A stretch of 28,452 bases of DNA from a virus (Duplodnaviria > Caudoviricetes), in IMG/VR virus record IMGVR_UViG_3300009442_000027, positions 1 to 28,452 of that record, one strand, 5' to 3'. The notes under the pieces are model-generated. The model ran no database searches. It saw only the letters and a list, made by a program, of their open reading frames with translations, and had not been told where the DNA came from. Position numbers and translations under genes: made by a program. How positions within the stretch are numbered: the first letter of the stretch is position 1; each line of letters begins with the position of its first letter. Positions 6,853 through 16,105 of the stretch are shown here, piece by piece.

Positions 6853-8099
6853 TCAAGTCCGTCAAGATTTAAACCTAAAGTGTTTTGCTTTGGTGCTTCT
6901 CGTTTTCCGATCACTTCGATGCCGAATTTCTGTTGCAGCCATTCAGGTTTTACATCAAAATATTGCAAGGATTCGCTTGTCATTTTCCAGAGTTGTTCAA
7001 TATCCTCAGTTTGTTCATAGCCATACGTCAATTCACCTTTTAGAACGCCTAAATTAACGAGCGCTGGTATCACGGTTGAGTTCCAGTTTTGCTCTAAAAA
7101 ACGCAAATCGCTATCGATTAACGTTTGAAGCATTTCTTGGCCGCTTTGATCTTTGGATCGGCTTCCATTTTGGGTGTCTTGACCAATGACAGCTCCAGTA
7201 ATTAGTAGCGATATTTGATTGTCACATAAATTAATTAGATTCTTATACACATCTCCGTTCGTATTCACAGATTTAGCCCACTCAAATTCTTCAGATTCGT
7301 CAATAATGAACCAAGCCGCCGCGCCCATGTCCTTCATCATTGTTTCGGCACGCCTGACCATTCCAGGATCTTGTGTATTTGTTTTCATCACTCTCGGAGG
7401 GATGCCGTATATTTCACATAGTTCACTCCAACAGCTTTGTGCAAATCTCTTAAATAGGACATGAGGCACCGCATTATTCAAGAGCCCTAAGTTTCCTTTT
7501 TCTCCAAATTCTAAAAGCCACGTTCCGTATTCGCTTACTTCTCGGTAAAATATTTTTTTGTCCTCACTGTAATCTGGATAGAACGCGCCATTTAAGGGGT
7601 CAATATTATCACGAGGGATTAAATCAACAACCAATTGATCTTCTTTTCCAATTTCTTCACTAAATGAAAATTCGATCAATGAATGAATACGATATTTAGA
7701 GTCCAAAATATGACGATTAATGTCATTCGTAAAAAGTGCATTATTTAGAATTTTTGTTTGTTCTTCATCCACTTCGCCGCTTGGTTTTTTCAAGACGATT
7801 CTTTCAGATAAAGCTTTCAAATTCCTGTTTTTATATTGCGAAGTCAACAAAGCATCTAAAGAGATTTCATCAAACAATTGTTGCAGTAAAAACCATTTTG
7901 GATTTTCTTCCAGTTTTGTCATTCGTAAGGCACGATTCCAAGTTGCAATATCTTGGCGTGTTCTGGATACAGCTTTAGGTGCAACCGTGGCCGCATAATT
8001 AGGGCCTTTGCCTTTGGTTGTTTTGCCATTGGCGGCAAAGGTCTGTTGTTGTTTTTGTTGCGGGGATCTTCTTCTATTTCTATTATTTTTTCGTGCCAT
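6837..8099 (-). CDS. Portal protein (DUF935 / Mu gp29-like)
   Basis: 420 aa; WSELCEIYGIPPRV, ISLLITGAVIGQD and GSRSK motifs; lies between gp36-like and MuF genes. Confidence 0.88.
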   Translation of the reverse strand: MARKNNRNRRRSPQQKQQQTFAANGKTTKGKGPNYAATVAPKAVSRTRQDIATWNRALRMTKLEENPKWFLLQQLFDEISLDALLTSQYKNRNLKALSERIVLKKPSGEVDEEQTKILNNALFTNDINRHILDSKYRIHSLIEFSFSEEIGKEDQLVVDLIPRDNIDPLNGAFYPDYSEDKKIFYREVSEYGTWLLEFGEKGNLGLLNNAVPHVLFKRFAQSCWSELCEIYGIPPRVMKTNTQDPGMVRRAETMMKDMGAAAWFIIDESEEFEWAKSVNTNGDVYKNLINLCDNQISLLITGAVIGQDTQNGSRSKDQSGQEMLQTLIDSDLRFLEQNWNSTVIPALVNLGVLKGELTYGYEQTEDIEQLWKMTSESLQYFDVKPEWLQQKFGIEVIGKREAPKQNTLGLNLDGLDPFFV

Positions 8100-8101
8100 C
8101 T

Positions 8102-8557
8102 CTATTCGTGATTAAATTTTTTTCTTGAACCATAAATAAATGGCTCTCTTTCAATTGCGTCTTCAGAATCGGGATCAAGCGTTGGCAATGTGCTTAAATT
8201 CACTTCACCATTGGCCAATTGTTTTAGCCAATTAATAGCCCGGTCATAACGTTCTTTAGTTTGCTCATAAATCACGTCGGCATTGCACAACTCGACGATC
8301 CACCATTTTGCTATGGTAATGGCGTGTTTTAAAATTAGGGCATTTCTATCAGTTCCAGAAGCCGTAAGAATGGCTTCCACATCATATTGCAGCCTCCCAT
8401 CTAACCATTCTTTTTTGTGGTTTCCTGACAAATAGCTTCTAACTTCTTCTTCAGCTGCTGCCATCGCCACATCTATAATGTCATCATTTCCTTCAGTTAT
8501 CTGTTCTAATTGATAATTGTACATTGTACTTGGTAAATCGGTTTTTTGTAAAAACAT
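8102..8557 (-). CDS. Head-tail connector (DUF1320 / Mu gp36-like)
   Basis: 151 aa; AEEEVRSYL...YDVEAI and RYDRAINWLKQLANG motifs. Confidence 0.85.
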   Translation of the reverse strand: MFLQKTDLPSTMYNYQLEQITEGNDDIIDVAMAAAEEEVRSYLSGNHKKEWLDGRLQYDVEAILTASGTDRNALILKHAITIAKWWIVELCNADVIYEQTKERYDRAINWLKQLANGEVNLSTLPTLDPDSEDAIEREPFIYGSRKKFNHE

Positions 8558-8560
8558 AGT

Positions 8561-10093
8561 TTAAAATCTTCGTGAATCGACGGACCCAAAGGAGTAAGTC
8601 GTTGCTTTTTTTATCATTCTACTTTGAATCAACCAACACGCCCCCTCGAGTGCATCGGGTCCATCCATTACGGTGGATTTTTCGGACACGCCAATCATTT
8701 GATCGTGCATCCGTATCATATTCGGTTCTTCTTTTTCTTTGATGTTAAAAATTAAATTTCCAAGTCGATTAAGCGGCTCCAAAGTGCCTTCAATTCTGAA
8801 GAATTTATCGGGCTTTTTTCGTTTGTCTTCTGTTATTGGAATTGTGAACCCGTAGATGTCTGCTTTTTGATAAATTAAAGGCAACAAAACCTGTTCGTAA
8901 TGTGGACCTTGCAAAGAGTTATTCTCTATCGAAATGCGTTTGGTATCGACGTTGTTTTCTTTTAAAAACAAATAGGCTTCATAGAGCCAATCTACAAATT
9001 TAGCGTTGCTCGTTTGTTCGACCCAAACCTTATATACATACCGTTTGCGGCCTTTAGAACCTACTATCACTACAGATTTATGGGAAGCTTGTTTATTGCG
9101 ACCTCTGTCTTTGTTTGAGGTCGAAGGATCTGCATATACGATCACTTGGTCACAAGTTGATAGTTTAGGGCATTTGTTGTAGGTTAATTCCTTAAACGTA
9201 TCGCCTTCAGAAATGGGATTGTTAAAGTATTCTTTTTGTTGAGCGCTCCACGGTATTTTTGAAAGAACCCGATCGATCAGTTTTTCAGTGTTTTTTTGTG
9301 GCCACGAGCTTTTGCCATCTTTATTGCGAATGTTAATTATATCGTGTTTGTCAGCTACTTTGGCCATTTCTGTAATGCAACAATATTTTGCTATGATGTT
9401 CCCACAAGCGAGCCACAAAAGAGGCTCAGAAATCGAGCGACAGGCATAGAGAGCTTCCATCACCCACTTCACCATTGCTTTGACTCTGTCTGGATTTCGA
9501 CAGGCTTCGTCGCTGTCTATATCGTCAGGAATGATAATATCAGGCCTCACAGCATCGTTTCTGGTCCCTCTGGGGTTTTGCCCTTCTCCAATGGCTCTAA
9601 ATGAAGCTCTGTATTTTGTAACAAATTCACCTGCCTCCCATTTATTGCCAATGGACATCTGATCGCCATAATCATTAATAATTCTGTTGTTTGATTCAAG
9701 CTCTGTTTTGTAGGGCAATAACAAGCGTTTGGCGTTGTCAAATGTGCTTGAAACCATCAGTACATTTTTCTTTTTCTTTGTAAGAATTAGAAAAAACACT
9801 ATGATCATAACGGTCACTGATTTGCCAAGCTCCCTTGACCACGAAACAACCTCGTACCACTCTGGATTTTTAAGAACTCGTTTGAATAAGTTTTTTTGAA
9901 AGGGTGCAGAATCGTGTGTGCAGTAGTGTGGAAAATAGTATTTTTTCCATTCTTCAGGAAATTTTTCTAAATGGGCAATCCGTTTTTGTTTTTCACTGGG
10001 TGTTTCGCTTAGATTAATAGGCGTTGCCTTTGCCGTATTGTCACGGTACTGATTCCAGAGTTTTAAATATTTACGATCTTCAACCGTGCCCAT
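8561..10093 (-). CDS. Terminase large subunit
   Basis: 510 aa; Walker A-like SRELGKS, Walker B IIPDDID, nuclease acidic motifs YADPS and DGPDALEG. Confidence 0.88.
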   Translation of the reverse strand: MGTVEDRKYLKLWNQYRDNTAKATPINLSETPSEKQKRIAHLEKFPEEWKKYYFPHYCTHDSAPFQKNLFKRVLKNPEWYEVVSWSRELGKSVTVMIIVFFLILTKKKKNVLMVSSTFDNAKRLLLPYKTELESNNRIINDYGDQMSIGNKWEAGEFVTKYRASFRAIGEGQNPRGTRNDAVRPDIIIPDDIDSDEACRNPDRVKAMVKWVMEALYACRSISEPLLWLACGNIIAKYCCITEMAKVADKHDIINIRNKDGKSSWPQKNTEKLIDRVLSKIPWSAQQKEYFNNPISEGDTFKELTYNKCPKLSTCDQVIVYADPSTSNKDRGRNKQASHKSVVIVGSKGRKRYVYKVWVEQTSNAKFVDWLYEAYLFLKENNVDTKRISIENNSLQGPHYEQVLLPLIYQKADIYGFTIPITEDKRKKPDKFFRIEGTLEPLNRLGNLIFNIKEKEEPNMIRMHDQMIGVSEKSTVMDGPDALEGACWLIQSRMIKKATTYSFGSVDSRRF

Positions 10094-10650
10094 TATTTTA
10101 ATTTTAAGTTGATGAAACCATCAAAAATTGGAATCAATGTTTTGTATAAATCAAAATCTTGTGGCTTTAGGTAATCCAAAAAGCTCGTGGTGACTTCATA
10201 AACTTCAGCTAGTGAAGTTTCTGTTTCGAGCTGTTTGATCGATTTTGTTAGGACCGCTATTTGGTTGGCTTCTTTTGAAGTTGCAAAATTTCCAATTTTA
10301 ATGGGATAATCTGAATCTGTATAAGATGGGTATGACAAAAATTCATTACCATCTTTATCTTTCAATTTTGTGCCCTTTAATAGATGGGTTGGAATTTCAT
10401 AAGTAATAGGGCGCGTTCTTATATTATCATTCAAACTTTCGAGCTGGTCATACAGATCTCGAACCATTTTTTGACGCGTTACCATAAGTGACTTGCGAAG
10501 TTTTTCCCAATTACCCTTTTTAATCCATGTAGATATGGTGTTAGGTCGTACATCAACACGCTCAGCTATTTCTTTATTAGTCAACTTTTGAGACGTATCC
10601 AAGTACAGCATTTTCGCATAATCTTCAGCAGATTTTTTCTTAAGGCCCAT
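10093..10650 (-). CDS. Putative terminase small subunit with N-terminal HTH
   Basis: 185 aa; KEIAERVDVRPNTISTWIKKGNW HTH; coupled to the large terminase by a TAATG overlap. Confidence 0.72.
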   Translation of the reverse strand: MGLKKKSAEDYAKMLYLDTSQKLTNKEIAERVDVRPNTISTWIKKGNWEKLRKSLMVTRQKMVRDLYDQLESLNDNIRTRPITYEIPTHLLKGTKLKDKDGNEFLSYPSYTDSDYPIKIGNFATSKEANQIAVLTKSIKQLETETSLAEVYEVTTSFLDYLKPQDFDLYKTLIPIFDGFINLKLK

Positions 10651-10829
10651 AGAGTAATTTTAAAGCAAAATAACCCAAAATAGACCATCTAAAATAAAAA
10701 CTGTAACCCTAGTTATCAGAGCTGTAAACTGTTTACTCATAAGTGTTTATGTAGTTCTCAATTTTTTGTAAGAAGTATTTTTATGACCAATATTTGCCAT
10801 TCAATTAAGTAACCAAGAAAGACAGTTAA
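10651..10829. promoter_or_regulatory. Divergent late-promoter region with two palindromic operator-like sites
   Basis: Intergenic region between the divergent operons. CTGTAACCCTAGTTATCAG (10701-10719) and CTGTAAACTGTTTAC (10722-10736) both start CTGTAA, 21 bp apart. Confidence 0.55.
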
Positions 10830-11804
10830 ATGCCAAAAAAGAAAAAGACTTTTATTTTTAATGATGAAGCTGTAATTAATAGTTATGGCTTCGTTATTCC
10901 TACTTCTGGAATCAGTTTAAGTCGTTTCAAGAAAAACCCTGTTATGCTTAATTCTCATTATGCAAGTAACAGTAATGTACTTGGCAAATGGGAAAATGTG
11001 AAAAAGGAAAAAGGCGTTCTTACAGGGAATCCCATTTTTGACAGTGAAGATGAAAATGTCACCACTATTGAAGGGAAAGTTGATCGTGGTTTCATAAATT
11101 CATGTTCTATGGGCGTGTCTTTTAATCGTGAAGATTTATCTTTCATAAACGACCAATTGGTACTTAAAAAATGTGAACTATACGAGGTTTCAATAGTACC
11201 GATCCCGAGTAACGCTAATTCGATTCGCTTGTATGCGTCCGAAACTGGTGAACTTATTAAGGAAACAGAAATACAAGAGCTTTGCCTCTCTTTATCGGCT
11301 GTTGATCCAAAAAAAACCACACCTGAAAAAAATCAAAACTCAAAAGAAAATATGAAAATTACATTAACCAGCGTAGCAGCTATTGCCTTGGGCTTTGCCG
11401 CTACCGAATTAGAACATGATGCTGCTGATGTCAATGCAAAAATTGTTGCATTGAACACCGAAAAAACGGCCGCACAATTGGCACTGTCAACGATTAAGAC
11501 GGCTCAGGAAGCTGAAAAACTTACAGCGATCAAAGCTGAAGTTGATTTGGCTTTGAAGTCAGGTAAAATTGCAGCAAATAAAGTTGAAGAGTTCGTTAAC
11601 TTAGGAATTGCCAATTCAACACTATTAACGTCAACTTTAGCTAGTATTCCCGCAAAGGCTTCTTTAGCTGCATTGGTTGAAGGGAATGGCAATACTGAGG
11701 TTAAGACCCCAGAGGATTTCCAAAAGTTATCACACGATGCTCAGTTGGCTTTCAAAGCTGAACAACCTGACGCGTACAAATTATTATTCACTTCTAAAAA
11801 ATAA
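10830..11804 (+). CDS. Prohead protease (HK97-type) with C-terminal scaffold
   Basis: 324 aa; NPVMLNSH, SCSMG and LYEVSIVPIPSNANS protease motifs; Ala-rich helical C-terminal half from an internal Met at 11352. Confidence 0.88.
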   Translation: MPKKKKTFIFNDEAVINSYGFVIPTSGISLSRFKKNPVMLNSHYASNSNVLGKWENVKKEKGVLTGNPIFDSEDENVTTIEGKVDRGFINSCSMGVSFNREDLSFINDQLVLKKCELYEVSIVPIPSNANSIRLYASETGELIKETEIQELCLSLSAVDPKKTTPEKNQNSKENMKITLTSVAAIALGFAATELEHDAADVNAKIVALNTEKTAAQLALSTIKTAQEAEKLTAIKAEVDLALKSGKIAANKVEEFVNLGIANSTLLTSTLASIPAKASLAALVEGNGNTEVKTPEDFQKLSHDAQLAFKAEQPDAYKLLFTSKK

Positions 11805-11808
11805 AAAA

Positions 11809-12723
11809 ATGCCAGCAAATTTTCCAGAAATATGGTTAGCTAGAGTTATTATCAATCTAACCACAGCCAATGAAGCACCTTGGCTCGAAGGCATCCCAGA
11901 ATTAGATGTCGATGTGACTGAATTTGGTGCAGGGTCTGCATCTGAAAAGAATACGATTCACATTCCAAGATCAATGTTTTCTCCGGATGTATTGATCAAC
12001 AATACGGCCTATCCAATTGCGCTTCAGGCGTACACTGATGACGAGGTGACGATCAATTTGGATAAGTACCAAACGAAACCGACAACATTATCTGATGATC
12101 AAATCATTGGCGGCTCTTACGAAAAGATCGATGTTATTACCAAAGGTCACACGGTTAAAATTGCATCTACCAAGTACAAGAAAGCAATACACGCTATTGC
12201 ACCCGCTGCTGATACGGTCAATACACCTGTACTCTTAGCTACTGGGGACCCATTGGTTTCTGGCGGTCGTAAAACACTGACTTATCAAGATTTAGTAACT
12301 GCAAAAAATCTACTTGGAAAGTCTGGTGGTGAATGTCCTGTTGAAAATAGAAGAATGGTTTTATGCCCAGATCATTGGGACGATCTTTTAAGAGATCGTA
12401 AGAACTTTGGTAACACCTTAGTGAATTACAAAACTGGTGATGTTGCCCCTGTTATTGCAGGTTTTCAAATTTACCAATATGTTGGTAATCCAATGTTTGC
12501 AGCCGCAGGAACTAAAAAAGCGTTTGGTTCTGTCAATGAAGCTACAGATGTACAAGCGTCTGTAATGTTCTACACACCGAACATTGCTAAAAAGACAGGT
12601 TTAACAAAACAATATTTTGCAGCTGCACAAAATGATCCTGAAAATCAGGTGAATAAATTGAATTACCGCCATTATTTCATTGCATTGCCCGCCCAGGCAA
12701 AGTATGTAGGCGCAATCATATAA
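11809..12723 (+). CDS. Major capsid protein
   Basis: 304 aa from ATG 11809 (the track extends upstream to TTG 11677); follows protease/scaffold; CPVENRRMVLCP and IAGFQIY resemble HK97-fold motifs; strong hairpin downstream. Confidence 0.82.
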   Translation: MPANFPEIWLARVIINLTTANEAPWLEGIPELDVDVTEFGAGSASEKNTIHIPRSMFSPDVLINNTAYPIALQAYTDDEVTINLDKYQTKPTTLSDDQIIGGSYEKIDVITKGHTVKIASTKYKKAIHAIAPAADTVNTPVLLATGDPLVSGGRKTLTYQDLVTAKNLLGKSGGECPVENRRMVLCPDHWDDLLRDRKNFGNTLVNYKTGDVAPVIAGFQIYQYVGNPMFAAAGTKKAFGSVNEATDVQASVMFYTPNIAKKTGLTKQYFAAAQNDPENQVNKLNYRHYFIALPAQAKYVGAII

Positions 12724-12727
12724 CCCA

Positions 12728-12762
12728 AAAAGGTGTTGGTTCAGAAAGAACCAACACCTTTT
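12728..12762 (+). terminator. Hairpin terminator / mRNA stabiliser after the capsid gene
   Basis: Perfect 15-bp stem AAAAGGTGTTGGTTC-agaaa-GAACCAACACCTTTT. Confidence 0.8.
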
Positions 12763-12774
12763 AAAATCAAAATA

Positions 12775-13068
12775 ATGGTACAAGAATTTGTAATACCTGT
12801 TTTACTTTCATTTTTCACAGCTCTAATCACTTGGGTCTTTGCTCGACGTAAAAATCAACAGCAAATCAAATCGATGGAGTTGGACAATGAGATTAAGAGC
12901 GCAGGTTACTACAAAGACTTGTTGGACGATATGTCAAGCCGATTGGACAAAGCAATCGAAGAATTAATGAGTTTGGAAGAACGTCACAGGAAGCTAATGG
13001 AAATCAACAGAGAGTTGGTGTCTGAACTTCAAAAATTTAAGCAGTTGAACGGTAAAACTAAAGAATGA
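12775..13068 (+). CDS. Putative holin-like protein (one TM plus coiled coil)
   Basis: ATG 12775 (the track start at 12733 lies within the hairpin); N-terminal TM then RRK; first gene of the lysis cassette. Confidence 0.55.
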   Translation: MVQEFVIPVLLSFFTALITWVFARRKNQQQIKSMELDNEIKSAGYYKDLLDDMSSRLDKAIEELMSLEERHRKLMEINRELVSELQKFKQLNGKTKE

Positions 13069-13490
13069 AACGGGTAAAAATACAACGGCTTTGGAACGAT
13101 AGAAACCAAACACTTGGAGTGTTTACTGTTTTGGATCAGAAAGGGCAACCGATTTTCGCTTGTTTATGCCTCGAACGTGGCAACAGAAATAACCAAAAAA
13201 ATGAGAGTAGTATCCCTGAAGGACGTTACCCATTGGTTTTAGAACATTCAGCAGCGTTTAAACAGGATTTATACGAATTAAAGGATGTTCCAAATAGAAC
13301 TGAATGTAAGATACACCTCTCAAATTTTTGGGATGAACTAAACGGCTGCATTGCCTTAGGCTTGAAGCTTAAAGACATGAATAATGATGGGTATTCTGAC
13401 ATTACTAACAGTAAAGCTACTGTTGAATTATTTCATAAAGTAATGAAAAATACACCCAGAACAACTATAGAAATTACAAACCCATTATGA
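13065..13490 (+). CDS. DUF5675-like protein, probable endolysin (L,D-peptidase-like His/Cys)
   Basis: 141 aa; SIPEGRY and KIHLSN...LNGCIALG motifs; lies between holin-like and spanin-like genes. Confidence 0.72.
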   Translation: MKRVKIQRLWNDRNQTLGVFTVLDQKGQPIFACLCLERGNRNNQKNESSIPEGRYPLVLEHSAAFKQDLYELKDVPNRTECKIHLSNFWDELNGCIALGLKLKDMNNDGYSDITNSKATVELFHKVMKNTPRTTIEITNPL

Positions 13491-14041
13491 AGTACCTATT
13501 TCAAATATTATTGATCTTGTTTTTAAGTTCTTGCACAGCCTTAAAAAGCGTGAAAAAAGAAACTGAAACAATATCGATTTCTGAAAAAGAAACGGTTGAG
13601 AAATACGACAGCATTGTTAGTATAAAACAAAACAGAGCCATTAAGGACACGTTTGTTTTTAAGGTCCCGAAAAGTAGCAGTTCTGATAAATCTACTGACA
13701 TAATTTTAGATGCTCGACTGGATGAAATATTAGAAAAGCTGAATTTTCAAAAATCTTCAGGGACTAACAGTTACAAAATCAATTACAATCGACACAAACG
13801 AGAAATTGAAGGATCTGTTGAAGTTGGTGCAACTGAAGATAAAACGCAAAGTACTAATGCGTCAAGTTCGCAAAAAAGTAGTGAAAGTAATTTTTTATCA
13901 AGCGTATCAAAAAAAACAGGCATTCCAACAATATGGATCTTGGGAATCATAGTTTTTTTATTAAGGAGTCAAATTTTTTGGCTACTCAAAAAACTATTTC
14001 CCCTATTAGAAACCTTAACAATAGTTAAATATTTTAAATGA
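13487..14041 (+). CDS. Putative unimolecular spanin
   Basis: N-terminal lipobox LSSC plus C-terminal TM IWILGIIVFLL; follows the endolysin. Confidence 0.68.
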   Translation: MKYLFQILLILFLSSCTALKSVKKETETISISEKETVEKYDSIVSIKQNRAIKDTFVFKVPKSSSSDKSTDIILDARLDEILEKLNFQKSSGTNSYKINYNRHKREIEGSVEVGATEDKTQSTNASSSQKSSESNFLSSVSKKTGIPTIWILGIIVFLLRSQIFWLLKKLFPLLETLTIVKYFK

Positions 14042-14436
14042 AAATTAGTATGAAAAACATCTTTAAAAATTACTCGAACTTAAAAAGTTATTACGAAACT
14101 TCTGATCAACAAAAATTTTTCTTTCCCTCAGATGCAGCGAACCACGCCCGAACTTTAACCGATAAAACGGTCAAAGAAGTGAAGCGAGGATCTTCAAAAA
14201 AAGAAGCTGCTAATGATTCAAAAGATTCAAAACTTAATGTGATTCAGGCTGCTCCAATAAGAAAAAAAGTTATTGAAAAGTTGGAGACGGTTGAAGCTGT
14301 TGAAAAAGCTTTGAAAACGGAAACGGCTAAATCAGTAAAAGTCGCAGGTAAAAAACGAATTGAAGAATTGAAAGCTAAATTTGAAAATACTTCTACAGCT
14401 TCAGCTTCAGGAAATTCATCTGAAGAAGAAGAATAG
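14038..14436 (+). CDS. Hypothetical charged phage protein upstream of the sheath
   Basis: 132 aa ORF coupled to the spanin gene; Lys/Glu-rich; start may be ATG 14050. Confidence 0.6.
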   Translation: MKISMKNIFKNYSNLKSYYETSDQQKFFFPSDAANHARTLTDKTVKEVKRGSSKKEAANDSKDSKLNVIQAAPIRKKVIEKLETVEAVEKALKTETAKSVKVAGKKRIEELKAKFENTSTASASGNSSEEEE

Positions 14437-14457
14437 AACCCTTTAAAAAAAAGATAT

Positions 14458-15687
14458 ATGTTACCAGGAATTAGTATAAAATTTGACAATGGCAATTTAG
14501 ATACAATTGTATCTACAGAGGATGGTATTTACGGACTGTTGGCTTCTGCTGTTGCAGTGTCCACCACTTTCTTATTGAACACGCCGTACAGCGTGAAAAA
14601 TATGACTGAAGTGGCCGCACTGGGCATAACGGCCAGTGTAGATAATTACAATCTGTATCACAGTTTGCGTGAGTTTTATGAAGAAGCGGGTGAAGGCACT
14701 AAGCTTTGGCTAATGGGCTTCGATAAATCCAAATTAGTAAGCGATTGGTTTACAGTAGTTGTAGACACTGGAAAAGCACCTGTTGAAGTTCTATTGGATA
14801 AGGCTAACGGTGAAATCAAAGCTCTCTTTACAAAGTATTCACCACTTGGGAGTTTTTCTCCTACTATTGCAGATGGTTTGGATGCGGATGTTTTTCTTGC
14901 AAAACAGAAAGCTCAATTGGTTGCAACCAATTATGCGACCAATAAATTTTCACCTTTTTATGTGGTCTTAGAAGGCTATGCATTTACAGGCGTGCATGGT
15001 GATTTGACCACACTTTTAGTAGGATCTGATAATCGTGTTGGAATTTTCATTGGTGACACTAAAGCTCGTACGGGCACCGTGCCGAGCTTTGGAGCGAGTA
15101 ATCATATTCTTGCAGGCCGTCGGTCTAAAATTCAGGTCCACGAAAGCTCTGGAAAAGTAAAAACAGGTCCTTTAGAAAATTTGACCGCCTTTATCTTAGA
15201 TAAGGCGGTAGAAGATTACGATGTGGCTTCGCTTCATGATAAGGGTTATATCACATTTAGAACGCACGTTAGAAAGTCGGGCTATTACATTTCAGACGAC
15301 CCTTTAGCGACCAACCCAACGAATGACGATTATAATCAGATCCCGTTGCGTGAAGTCATTGACAAGGCGTATCGATTGGCTCATAAAATTGCATCTAATG
15401 AAATTTTGACGGATTTTGATTTGAACAATGACGGTACTATTACACCATTTTTTGCTAAGACTGTGGAAGGCAACATTGAACGTGAAATTGCCGAACAAAT
15501 GACCGTTAACGGAGAATTGTCTATCGATCCTACCAATAAAAACGATTTTGGAGTCGAAGCAAAATTTGACACTATCAATAACGTAGCAACAACAAACAAA
15601 ATTGAACTGACCCTAAAGGTTAGACCAAAAGGCTATGCCCGATGGTTTAACATTTTGTTAGGGTATTCTGTAACTTTAAATAACTAA
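14458..15687 (+). CDS. Tail sheath protein (DUF2586-like)
   Basis: 409 aa; LHDKGYITFR...GYYISDD and VIDKAYR motifs; C-terminal VRPKGYAR; precedes the tube gene. Confidence 0.85.
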   Translation: MLPGISIKFDNGNLDTIVSTEDGIYGLLASAVAVSTTFLLNTPYSVKNMTEVAALGITASVDNYNLYHSLREFYEEAGEGTKLWLMGFDKSKLVSDWFTVVVDTGKAPVEVLLDKANGEIKALFTKYSPLGSFSPTIADGLDADVFLAKQKAQLVATNYATNKFSPFYVVLEGYAFTGVHGDLTTLLVGSDNRVGIFIGDTKARTGTVPSFGASNHILAGRRSKIQVHESSGKVKTGPLENLTAFILDKAVEDYDVASLHDKGYITFRTHVRKSGYYISDDPLATNPTNDDYNQIPLREVIDKAYRLAHKIASNEILTDFDLNNDGTITPFFAKTVEGNIEREIAEQMTVNGELSIDPTNKNDFGVEAKFDTINNVATTNKIELTLKVRPKGYARWFNILLGYSVTLNN

Positions 15688-15691
15688 ATAA

Positions 15692-16105
15692 ATGGCATTC
15701 AATTCAAGACAATACGAGTGGGCGGATCTTACTTTAATATTAGGAGGTCGTGACATTATAGGCATTCGAGCCGTGAAATATACAGAAAAAATTGAAAGGG
15801 AGGCGGTCTATGCAAAAGGGCGTGAACCTCATTCGATTCAAAGCGGCAACATTGCCTATGAAGGTGAAATCATGGTTCTTCAGAGTGAATATGAAGCATT
15901 GGTTAAAGCAGGCAAAGGTTCTGTTTTAAGCTTAAGCCTCGACGCCTTATTTGCTTACGGAAATCCTTCTAATGGTGATGCAATCACCACTGACCGATGT
16001 TCAGGAATTAGATTTACTGAAGCCGCAAAAGATATTAAACAAGGTGACAAATTTCAAGAAATTGCATTGCCATTTGTTTGCCTTAATATTAAAAACCAAG
16101 CCTAA
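15692..16105 (+). CDS. Tail tube protein
   Basis: 137 aa; FNSRQYEWAD and YAKGREPHSIQSGN motifs; follows the sheath. Confidence 0.8.
   Translation: MAFNSRQYEWADLTLILGGRDIIGIRAVKYTEKIEREAVYAKGREPHSIQSGNIAYEGEIMVLQSEYEALVKAGKGSVLSLSLDALFAYGNPSNGDAITTDRCSGIRFTEAAKDIKQGDKFQEIALPFVCLNIKNQA

Noticed and set aside
5936-9741. Short ORFs at 5936, 6159, 6808, 7219, 7720, 7736, 9296, 9480 and 9547
   Set aside because: All lie within or opposite well-supported MuF, portal or terminase genes and have shadow-like composition.
11677-11808. Capsid frame open upstream into the scaffold, suggesting a scaffold-capsid frameshift at TCT AAA AAA TAA
   Set aside because: It would need a +1 shift, there is no canonical heptamer or stimulator, and the capsid has a good ATG at 11809.
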